Of a DNA stretch of 64,000 nucleotides, positions 53,527-64,000 are shown piece by piece (the first letter of the stretch is position 1; each line of letters opens with the position of its first letter). This DNA comes from Lama guanicoe (lineage: Eukaryota). A program made the position numbers and the translations under genes. The notes beneath the pieces were generated by a model. The model worked only from the letters and a program-made list of their open reading frames with translations, was not told the DNA's origin and ran no database searches. Where the stretch lies: assembly GCA_013239625.1 (NCBI GenBank), contig MU054098.1:2729104-2793103 (forward strand), written 5' to 3'.

Positions 53527-56400
53527 AAAAACACAGTGAGATACTACAGCATGCTTACCTGAACAATAAAAAGAGAAATATGGAAAAAAGCAAGTTGGCG
53601 AGGATGGGGAATATAGCCTATAAAAACCACTTTTAAAACTACTTGGTAATTCCTACTGAACTCAACATATGCAAACCCTATGATGCAGAAATGCCTCTCT
53701 TAGGTCTGTGCCCAAGACAAAGGAAAATAAATGTCTACGCAAAAGCTATGCACAAGATTATTCATAGCAAAATTATTCATAATAAGTCAAAAGCTGGAAA
53801 ATACCCAGATCACTATTACAGATACATATATTGTGAAATATCCACACAATATAATACTGTACACCAATAAGAATGAATAATCTACAACTACAGACAACAA
53901 TAGTGTAAATCACACACACAATATGTTCACTGATAGGGGCCAGACACAAAAGAGCATATGCTATATGAGTTCAGGATTTTTTTTTCTAATCTCCCAATTG
54001 AGTTTGGGGAAAGAGAGGAAAATCAATACCCCACTTCCTTTTATTTGAAGATACTTAGTGTCTTTTCATATTACCTGCAGGTTAACCTCAGGGAAGCACA
54101 TATCCACTGAGCCCTTGAAAAGTGGTTCACCACACACAGGAACAAGGCTAGTGCCATGTCTGATGGACAGAAGACTGGGTGGGAGACAGGAGACACACTT
54201 GGCCCAAGGGCCAGACCTAACCCACTAACTCTACGTCACCTTGGGTAAGTTACCACAGTTCCTTTGGTCTCATCTATCAGGTGGATAAGACCATCCTTGA
54301 CACCCAGCCAGAGAGGCCTCAGACACAGTGCAATGTGATTCCTACCTGAAAAGTACACTGAGATAAAAAGAACTCACCATGGAAGTCCAAATAATTATTT
54401 GAACAGCCAAGTTGTCAGTGCACAGTAACTGTAATACTTACTACTTTTTAAAAATAATATTACCTTTACATTTTTTGTAAATAAGTACCTTCTGTATATG
54501 GACAAATGGCTACTGAAGCATAGTCTTCACCCAAATAGATATGGCCTGGGCCTAACATCAATCACCATGGGTTGACGTATCTCAACACAAGTCTTTCTTT
54601 CCTAAGTGTACTGGTTAAGAGTGTGGGCTCTGGACACAGACAAGGGCCAAATGCAAGATCTGCCACTTATAAATTGTGTAAATGTGAGTACTTTTACTTC
54701 CCCTTACAGTCACTGGATTGGCTTCTTCTGCCCATTTGACCTCCTCTCCTAACTTTGTCTGCCAGGCTCCACCCAAACTCATCATCTGCTCCTGGAACAA
54801 CTGGTGCCCACACAGTGAAGGGCTGTGGATGAAAAGTCCTGCTCAGGCCTGGCATCCCCTTGTAAGTAGTTCAGGACTCAGCTCAGATGTCACTTCCTAA
54901 GAAAGAGCTTCACTGACAACCCTACCTATAATAATGTCTTACCCAACATTTGCTACTCTATTAATGTGTATAAAGCACTCATCCCCATATGGAATTACCC
55001 CACTTACTGATGTACCTGCTCATAACCAGTTTTCCCAGACTAGAATGAAAGCTTCAGGGACCCTGTCTTATTCTCTGGGCTGTGTCCTCCTGTCCCTAGT
55101 TCAGTGCCTCACATATAAATCACTAAAAAAGTTTGAATTAAGTGAAAGAATTGTTACCTATCTGAAACACAGGAGTAGACACAGATATTAAAATCTGAGT
55201 GTCAGGAAAAACTGAAAAAATTTCGACATCAAAAAATTCCAACTTTTAAGAACACCTTGTTGCAAATCCACAGCAGTGTTTGTCACTTGGCTGAGCTAGA
55301 ACCAACTGTTGGAACCAAATTATTCAAAATGTAGACACTTCCCATCCAACATGCCTGGTTTTGATTCAGCAGACCTAGGGAGAACCCAGGAATCAGCAAT
55401 TTCAATAAGCACCCCTGATGATTTTGATAAAGTGGTCCACAGACCACATTTGGAAAGATCCTGACCTAAACGTGTGACATTTGTTATTAATTTAATGCCT
55501 ACCATGCAGAGTTCTGTGATACCTGTGGTGTGTCTGTTAATGTCATTACTGGAAAGTGCACTGTTTCTTCATCCTACCTATAACTACAGATGGCCTCCCC
55601 ACATGGCATGACACTTAAACTCCACAGTAGTCCTGGGTGGTGGGGAGGACTGGGTAATGTTATCCTGTTGTATAGATGAGACTGGTGGAAGAGTGGTGAC
55701 TTACCTAAAGTGTCCCTATGATGGGGCCCCATTTCTTCACTCTTGCTCCAGGAACCTGTCTACCAGAATCGACATCACACTTGCTTCTTCTCTATCAGCT
55801 CCTGCTTTGGGGCTCAGAGTCCACATCCTTCTCAGATATGGAATAGGGAGGAAAGTGAGAGGAAAGGAAAAGCACATGAAACATAGAGGATGGGGTGACA
55901 ATTTGCTTGCCTGTCCCCACTCAGTTCACTGGAAGCTGTGCAGTGATGCTTTGCCCCTCCCCTAGCTCCACCACGCCACCCCCTCCACATGCAGCAGTGA
56001 CACTGAAACTCTCACATCATGGACAAGTGGACTTATCTCTGCTTGTGTTACGTACCCAGGTGTTCTCTCTGGTAGTCATGCTATTACGTTAATGCCAGAC
56101 TACCATATTGACAAGGCAAAGTTGGAACAGGAAACTAACATTTTGAGGGCCTAATCAATGCCACACAGGATAGGTTGCTATTTTCAGACCTTTTCTCTTT
56201 CAGTCCTCAAAGCATCGCTCCGAGGTGGACATCATTACTTCCTTTCTACAGATTAAGTGGTACTCAGGCTCACAGAGCAAAGTATATGCTCAAAGAATCC
56301 TAAGGAGGCATCAAATGCACACAGAAGTCAACTTGAAGGGGCTAAGACAGGCCAATTCTGGGACAATTTGACCATTAAAATACATAATGATAATATGAAT

Positions 56401-56403
<3 letters not shown>

Positions 56404-56438
<35 letters not shown>
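56404..56438. repeat. (AAT)n microsatellite
   Basis: About 11 units. Confidence 0.95.
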
Positions 56439-56439
<1 letters not shown>

Positions 56440-57249
56440 CCCTTTGAGCAAAATAGGAATCTATGAGTCATACTGATAGAAATGCTTGAATAAATCCATA
56501 AATACATAAGTCATAAGGGAGAAAGCAGAGTTCTGCCACACAGTCAAAAGCCAACTAATAAATCTAGAAGGAATAACAGAAATAGAAAAGCAACACTTGA
56601 CAAATACCATAGTAACAAGTGATTCAGGCAAGATTACTTAATGAATGCTCAGTCTGCATCAAATCCCGCCATAGTCATGGAGTCACTATGGTAACCATGC
56701 TGGCCAAGGAAAGCTGGGGAAAAAAAACTACCCTGATTTGGTTCCTAATATGTGCTAGGAACTGAGCAGGACTGACAAAACACACAGTAATTAACCTCAA
56801 GTATTCCTGACAATGAAGATTCCTGGCAGCTTTAGCAATATACAAATCCATGCATACATACCCGCATACACACGTGCTCCCTTCTTTCCCCACTCAAGAT
56901 CTCAGGAATTCATTGTGGTGGAATAGCTGGGGAGTAAAAAAAGAAAAATATAACAATTTAACAGATTCAATTCTAAACACACACATAATGCTGAAAGGTA
57001 CTAAGCTATTTTAGTGATGGAGATGAACTGTAGAATTGTCTCTGGGACATTTTTTCCCCCTGGTTTCAGCACATTGCCAATAACCTCTAAAAGCTGATAT
57101 GGAGATATAACCATGTGCATGTTTATACATCAAGGACCTTTTCTATCCTAGAGTAAGTAGCCTAAGCTTTCAACAGCTTTCAAAAATTCCTCAATGGCAA
57201 CTTTTTGACATTTGGCTGCTTGACAGTTTAGTGAAAAACACATGTAAAT

Positions 57250-59000
57250 TACAGTTAAAAATACTGTCATTTGTGATAATACCAAAACCCATGAAATACA
57301 CATTGAATACTATAAAACATTCCTGACAGGAATTAAAGATCTAAACAAATCAGGAGACATACCATCTTCATGTGTCAGAAGACTCGGTGTTGTAGAGACA
57401 TCTATTCTATTGAAACTGATCTATAGATTCAGTGTAAACCTAATAAAAATCCAGGCAAATTTTTTTTAAGAAATAGGCTGATTCTAAAATTCATGTTGAA
57501 GTACAAAGGACATAGACTTAAAAAACAACTCTGAAAGAGAAGAACAAAGTTGGAGGATCAAAACTACTTGATTTCAAGAGTCATAATAAACCTTCAGTAG
57601 TCAACACAGTGGTATTTACTGGCATCAAGGAAGACAAGTAGATCAATGGAAGAGAATAAGGACTCTATTTCTGGACTCAGACAACTGATTTTTGACAAAG
57701 TTGTAATGGCAATTCAGTGGAGAAAAGATAGTCTTTTCAACTGATGGTGCTGGGACAAATGGATATCCATATGCACAAATATAAATTTTGATCCATGCAT
57801 TGCACTATATACAAAAGTCAGCTCCAAATGGATCATAGACCTAAATATAAAATGTAAAACTTCTGGAAGAAAACACAGGAGAAAATCATTGAGACCTTGG
57901 GTCGGGTGAAGATTTCACAGATACAAAACCAAAAGTACAGTCCATAAGTAAACAAACTAATAAGCTGGACTTCCTCAGAGTTAAAAAGTTCTACTATTCC
58001 AAAGACACTATTGAGAGAATTAAAACACAAGCCATCACTGGGAGAAAATATTTGCAAATCATAGATCTGATAAAGGTCTTATATCCAGAATGTAGAAAAT
58101 TTCACAAAGGTAAATAAGAAGAAAACAGGTACTCTAATAAATGGACAAAATATTTGAATAGATACTCCACCAAAGTAGATATACAAATGTCAAGTAAGCG
58201 CACAAAAGATGCTAATCATCTTTTCTCAAATATTCAAAGTCATTGGGGAAATGTAAATGAAAACTATGAGACACCACTACACCTCTCTGAGAAAAGCCAA
58301 AATTAAAAAGACTGATCATACCAAGTCTTAGAAGGGTTATGAAGGATGGAACTCTCATACACTGCTAGTGGCAATGAAAAATGGTGCAACCACTTTGGAA
58401 AACAGTTCAGCAGTTTCTTATAACATTAATCTCACATCTATCGTATGATCCAGCCATTGCACTCCTAAGCATTTATCCTAGAGGAAGAAGGTCTATGTCT
58501 AGACAAAGACTAATACATAAATGTTGATAGTAGCTTTATTTACAAGAACCCCAAATTGGAAACCACCCAAATATCCATTAATAGGTAAATGATAAAATAA
58601 ATTGTGTTATATCCATATGATGGAATATTTGTCAACATTAAAAAGAAGGAACTATTTGTGCATGCAACAGATGGATAAATCCAGAAATAATTAGGTTGAA
58701 GGAAAGAAGACAGACAAAAAATACACACTGTATGATTCCACTCATATAAAATTAAAGAAAAAGAAAACTATAGTGACATAAGATCACTGGTTGCCTAGGA
58801 ATGGGGTAGGATGATGTGGAGAGGGAGGCAGGAGCTAGGTGGGAAGATAACAAAGGGGCACTAGGAAGCTTTTTGAGGTGATAGATATGTTCATTATCTG
58901 ACTATAGTATTGGATTCACAGGTGCATACATATATCAAAACATTAAAGCATATACTTTAAATTTGTACAGTATAGTGTATGTTAACCATACCTCAAAATA
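57250..59000 (+). mobile_element. L1MC-type ORF2 end and 3'UTR
   Basis: gaagaacaaagttggagga, caactgatttttgacaaag, gtgcaaccactttggaaaacagtt. Confidence 0.85.
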
Positions 59001-59266
59001 TTTTAAATATATTTATATTTCATAATTCTGTGATGTAAATGATCAGTTGAAAGATTCCCACAATTATGCTCTTATAGTATTAACAGGTCTACACTATGTA
59101 TTATCAAATTGGTCTATACTACATATAACCAAAATAGAAATAATCATTTGCAATGAAATATATCCAAATTATTTAGGGACACTTGATGTCCATTTCCATC
59201 TGAAGTGCATAAATAAAAAATTACATCCTAGGAAAATAATCATAATGATATTTAAGAGTAATTTTT

Positions 59267-59364
59267 AAACAGTTTTTATTGATTTATAATCATTTTACAA
59301 TGTGTCAAATTCCAGTATAGAGCACAATTTTTCAGTTATACATGAACATATATACATTGTCACA
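59267..59364 (-). mobile_element. Short young L1 3' end
   Basis: TSD ttaagagtaattttt at 59252-59266 and 59365-59379; similar to the 53278 element. Confidence 0.7.
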
Positions 59365-59466
59365 TTAAGAGTAATTTTTTTAGGGAATGAGGCTGAGTAT
59401 CATTATAATAGGGTAAACTCTAGGGTAATAATTATTTTTTAAAATATTAAGTTCTAGTAACTGACA

Positions 59467-60270
59467 TGTGGGTTCTTGTCCCTGTGAGTGGTGATCACGT
59501 TGGTGGGAGCGGTTCTCACACAGGGCACCAGTTGTGGGTTCTGTTCGTCGTGAGTTTTGTCCAGCGGAAGTCCCACCGCGGAAGAATGAAATTACTCAAG
59601 ACTTTATCAGGTCAAGAGAGTGAGAGGGAGCCGGAGATCAACTCTGAGCTCCTCCAAAGCTCTTGTATTTATTGAGAAGAGTCAAACAAAGAGTCAAAGT
59701 GAAATACGTCATAGGAATGAGTAAGGAGTGTGGTATACGTGCAGGGATGCAGGTCAGCAGTTTCAGTTCGTGAAACACAGAAACATTATAATCTTGATTT
59801 ATACTTAGAAGATTACAATATTGATAGTACAAGCAACTATTTTAGGCCTCAAACAATCATGAGCAAGGTTACAGTGTTCCGAACAACTGATAATGAAAAC
59901 CCAGACCACCACAGAGTCTCCCTACAATGATCAGAAATCATCTAAGCGTGCGAAGCAGCCCCGCTGCTCCCAGCTAAGGGCTAAGTCAGGCTTCTGCGAG
60001 CAAGGGCAGCCTGCACTGCCCACCTGCGCCTGATGAGCGAAGCGTGTCCTGCCGGTTAGGGCCGGGGACGCGGTCCGGTTTTCCATAAGCACAAGCAGCC
60101 CTGAATCTACGACCTCGAACTAAGCAAAGCGAGCAAAGCATGTCTCTGCTTTTTACGGCAAGGAGACAGATTGTAGCAGGTTCCTGCTAGCAAAGCAGCT
60201 TCAGGGCAACTGAGCTCAGTTCCGTAGATAAGGTGGTGACTGGTATTGAGAGTTTAGTCTTCGGTGCCTT
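59467..60270 (-). mobile_element. Young CpG-rich ERV LTR-like element
   Basis: TG start, many undecayed CpGs, minus-strand TATAAA (59803-59798) and AATAAA (59673-59668). Right boundary uncertain. Confidence 0.6.
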
Positions 60271-61349
60271 TGGACATTTTGCTTTGAAGTAGCAGTATAA
60301 TGACAAACATAGAAAGCACTGGCTTTGATTATACATTTCTTCTGTGTTTACGTAAAGGTGAGAATGATTTGGTAAAGTAATCATTACAATGTCAAAGTTT
60401 ATTAACCCCAGTTTGCACTCACACACTGACATTCTAAACTAATACTTGGAAATTCTCTGCTGCTTTAAAAAATTGCATTATGTAATGGAAAAAAAAGGTG
60501 GTCAGCAGAGAACAATCCATATTACAATGTCAAATTGCTAGAAGAGCTAACAACTGCATGTTTCCACACTCATCTGAGAGATACATGGGAACTGATGATT
60601 ATTATATATACAGTGAAAACAATTTAGGTATATTTATTGCAAATGCTTGTTAAAGACAGAGTAAGTTCCTTCCTCAGCTGGACAATTCATTGCTTTTTAG
60701 CAATGAAAAAAAGAAAGGCATTTCTTAGATGGGCCTCGAGGGCTACTGCAAGCATGTAGCTGCTGATGGAATGGCATTTCCATCTGCTAAACCTCTTTCC
60801 CAAGATGAGATCAAAGCAGCTTCTCTACGTCTAGGCTAGTTTGTGAACCTCACAGGAACAACATGCTTTTGTTCAGATCTATGAACTCACTTGAACCAGG
60901 CGTCATATCCAACTAAATATATAAGTGTTAGGGTCTCCTGGAAGCTGCTGCCCTTGAACTTGGAGTAGAAGCTTCAGGAACCACCAGGACACAGATCCTT
61001 AGAACCTGCATCCTCACCAGCATGAGGAGCTGCACAGGGAGGGACAGATCCAGCAATCACTATGATTTACTACTGTAACTGTGTGCCTGGCGCATATGTC
61101 CCCTTTTGCTGAAAACAAAACACCTTCCCTCTTCAGACCACCATCATCACCAGACATCTGAGATGAATATACCTACCTATAGGGTAGGTCTGGGGAAATG
61201 AGCAATCAGACTTGCAATAAAGACCTATGATGGTAATAGCTGGTGTTGGAGGAATGAAGGGGCAGTGGACAGTGGCATACACAGTTGGTGCCAAATAAGC
61301 ATATCCATTTTCTGAGGCCCATGTTATTACAGCTGAATAACTTGAATGG

Positions 61350-62585
61350 CCTTTGATACAGAAGTCCTATTTCCATTAAAAGAGTTTCAGGTGAGGATCC
61401 CCAAGGTGAAGAGGATCCCCAAGGTGAAAAGGATCCCCAAGGTGACTTTGACCTGTATCCAGGTTAAGGGGCCCTAGCTGAGCAGGGCAGGTAAAGGAGC
61501 TACATGAATTCTCTGATCTGCAGGGGACAGACAGCCAATATTTATGACGCTTTTTAAAAAGCAGGGGCAATGGATAGGTTCTGCCCTTTGTTGGCTGAAT
61601 TTAGTCCTCACCACAGACTTGCTAGTGAGGTGTCACTCTCCTCTCTTCACGGATGTTAATGACTCCAAGCATGCATTCCTAACCACAGAGACAGATGGCA
61701 AAGAAGAAAAAAGTCCAGGTTCCCTACTCAGCCTCTAACATGGGGAATGGGGCAGGCGTGGGGGGTGGAAGGGAAGTGGCACCTTGTTACTGCCTGGTGG
61801 AAGAAGGATTTCACTCCCCACCGGGCCTCCACCAACAGCACCCAGGCAGGAGTGGGCAGCCACCTCCTTACTGACCTCCTTGTGGCTTTCCCTGACACTG
61901 TGGAGGGGAGGAGGCCTCCTTGTCTCTGGACAGTCAGGAAAGTTCCACTCTCACTTCTGGTGACACCAGCCCAGAGAGGGGAAGGGCTCCTTCCCTTCCA
62001 CCAGAGAGGAGGGGAGGGGGGAGCTCATTTTCACTGGGTGTGGGAGGAAGTCAGGCTCCCTGCATAGTCCCCACTGACACCATGTGGGGGCGAAAGTCCC
62101 TCTCTCCCATGGAGTCTTCTCTGATACACCCTGAAGAGTGGGGAGGGGTGCCTGCCTGCTTACAATCAAGTGAGCATGGAGTCCATATTTCCCACTCAGG
62201 CTTTGCTGGCATGGTGAGGGCACAGCTGGGTTTCATTCTGTGATGTTAGGGCAGATTACTTTCTTGCTAGGTTTCCCCTCTTCTGGTTCTTTGTCTGGAC
62301 AAAGATTTTCTTGGGGCTCTTCTTGTCTTTTCCTGTTGGCATTTTTGGGTCACTTGCTCTTCCAGCACCCAGTCTGAGATAGATGAGGCAAAAATAAAAT
62401 CAAACGAATTCATTGCGTGTCATTCTTGGGTCCCAAAGTCCCAAGCCAGTATGCCTTTTCTTCTCTCCATCTTTCAGAGTCCTATATTTGTTTTACATAT
62501 AATATCCAGAGATTTTAGCTACACCTTGCAGTAGTAATAGGGAGAAATGTATCTACTCCTTCTGGTCTCCAAAATAGAAGTCCTT
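61350..62585 (-). mobile_element. Old L1M 5'UTR-like fragment, including three copies of an 18-bp tandem unit at 61394-61445
   Basis: Terminal motif tagggagaaatgtatctactcc...agaagtcc; aggatccccaaggtga x3. Confidence 0.5.
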
Positions 62586-62979
62586 TCCTTCTACTTTTAA
62601 TATAAGTAAATCGTACTATGCCATTTAAACCTTTATGTATTTGACTTTGTCACTTAACATTATATTCTAGAGATCCCTCGACAGCCCTATGTGGAAATTT
62701 TCATCATTCTTTACACATTAGTGTACATCTTTGTGTGTGTTTGGCACTTTATTCATCCATCACACAATTGATGAATATTCAGCTTGTTCCCATTCTTTTG
62801 CTATTCAAATAGTGCCAGAGTGAATATCTGTATCTATATTTATTATTATACCTATACCTAAAATCTTTGTGTCATTGCCAATATATCCTTAGGATACTCC
62901 TGGAAATAGGATTTGTGAGTCAAAGAGTAAAGGCATATAAAAAATTGCCAGATACTATAAAATTCCCCACCATAATGAC

Positions 62980-63462
62980 TATATTAGTTTCCTATGACTA
63001 CTATAATAAATTACCACAAAGTTGTAATTTGTGGTCACTAAACAACAGAAATATCCTTGCATAGTTCTGGAGACTAGAAGTCAAAAAATAGTTTCAATGG
63101 GCCAAAATCAAGGTGTTGGAAGACTTAACTCCTTCCAGAGATGATAGGGGAGCCTCCTTTCTTCTTCCAGCTTTTGTTGGCTGCCTGCATTCCTTGGCTT
63201 GTAGCTCCATCAGTCCAGCCTCTGCATCCTTGGCCACATTGCGTCCTCTTCTTCTGTCTATGTCAACTCTCCCTCTGCTCCTCTCTTAAAAGGGCATTTG
63301 GGTTTGTATTTAGGGCCCATTTGGATAATCTAAAATAACCTCCCCATTTTAAGATCCTTAATGTAATCAAATCTATAAACACCTTTTTTTATATAAGGTA
63401 ATATTTACCTGTTCCAGGGGTTTAGGACCTGCTATCTTTGCAGAGACTATCAAGCCTATGAC
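62980..63462 (-). mobile_element. MLT1B/C MaLR LTR within old L1M sequence
   Basis: aaattaccacaaa...aaacaacagaaat...agttctggagactagaagtc; tttagggcccatttggataatc. Confidence 0.8.
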
Positions 63463-64000
63463 AGTGATTATACACTGTATGATCCCTGTGAACATCCCTG
63501 TGGGCAGGGTGTGAAAGGACATGTTTTTCCACATCCTCACTAACTGTGCTGACAAACATCTGGATCATTGCTGATCTAATACTTAAGAAATGGTATCTTA
63601 TTGTAGTGTTAATTGCATCTCTCAATTAAAGCAAGTTGGAGACTTTTCATGTTTAAAGATAATTTATATATTTTTTCTGTTAACTTTGATAGGGTTTTGT
63701 TTTTTAATGTCTTTATATTGATAAGCGTTTATGTTGGAGAGATATTAATGCTTAGTTAATGATGTTAGCAGCAAACGTTTTTCCCCCATGTCTTTAACTG
63801 GCTAGTATGTTTTTGCCATGCAGAGTTTCATTGCTATTTTTATGTTGTAAAATATATCAATCTTTTTCCTTAATGTGCCTGGATATTAATTTATACTTAG
63901 GAAAGTTTCCTCCCCTTCCAGATTACAGAATTCACCTATATTTTCTTCTAATACTTGTATGGATATTTCTTTTACATTTCATTCAGAACCATTTGGAATT

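Larger units (their letters stand above)
51340..53950 (+). mobile_element. Old L1M fragments (5'UTR/ORF1 and 3'UTR)
   Basis: ORF1-end motif caaccaagaatactttatctgacaaaactttctttcaaaaatgaag; L1MC/MD-like 3'UTR. Confidence 0.6.

Noticed and set aside
61394..61445. Short direct-repeat array (CRISPR-like or functional)
   Set aside because: Three adjacent 18-bp copies with no spacers, in a mammalian repeat. Ordinary slippage, like the small duplications at about 17470, 45750 and 53230.
38300..64000. Additional protein-coding gene upstream of ALG13
   Set aside because: All ORFs are short and repeat-derived or unrecognisable, with no coherent exon chain. A lncRNA cannot be excluded from sequence alone.

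Overview
Mammalian genomic DNA, probably camelid (inferred from tRNA-derived Vic-1-like SINEs). The left 37.7 kb holds the 5' part of ALG13 on the minus strand. It has a CpG-island promoter and exon 1 (ATG 37740), exons 2-3, and an alternative terminal exon (32925-32811) that completes the short ~165-aa GT28 UDP-GlcNAc transferase subunit. Sixteen further exons (19001 down to 203) encode the OTU deubiquitinase-like and Tudor region of the long isoform, which continues past the window start. All exons from 18766 onward splice GT-AG in one open frame (586 codons in the window). The 5' half of exon 4, which links GT28 to OTU in the human long isoform, is frameshifted and carries two in-frame stops. 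The locus therefore looks like two separately encoded proteins. The 3' end of exon 1 looks corrupted, probably an assembly error. The 38-64 kb upstream region has no recognisable gene and is mostly ERV1 internal sequence, solo LTRs, L1/L2/MIR and DNA-transposon fossils. Comparisons with human ALG13 and repeat-family names are from memory, not from database searches.
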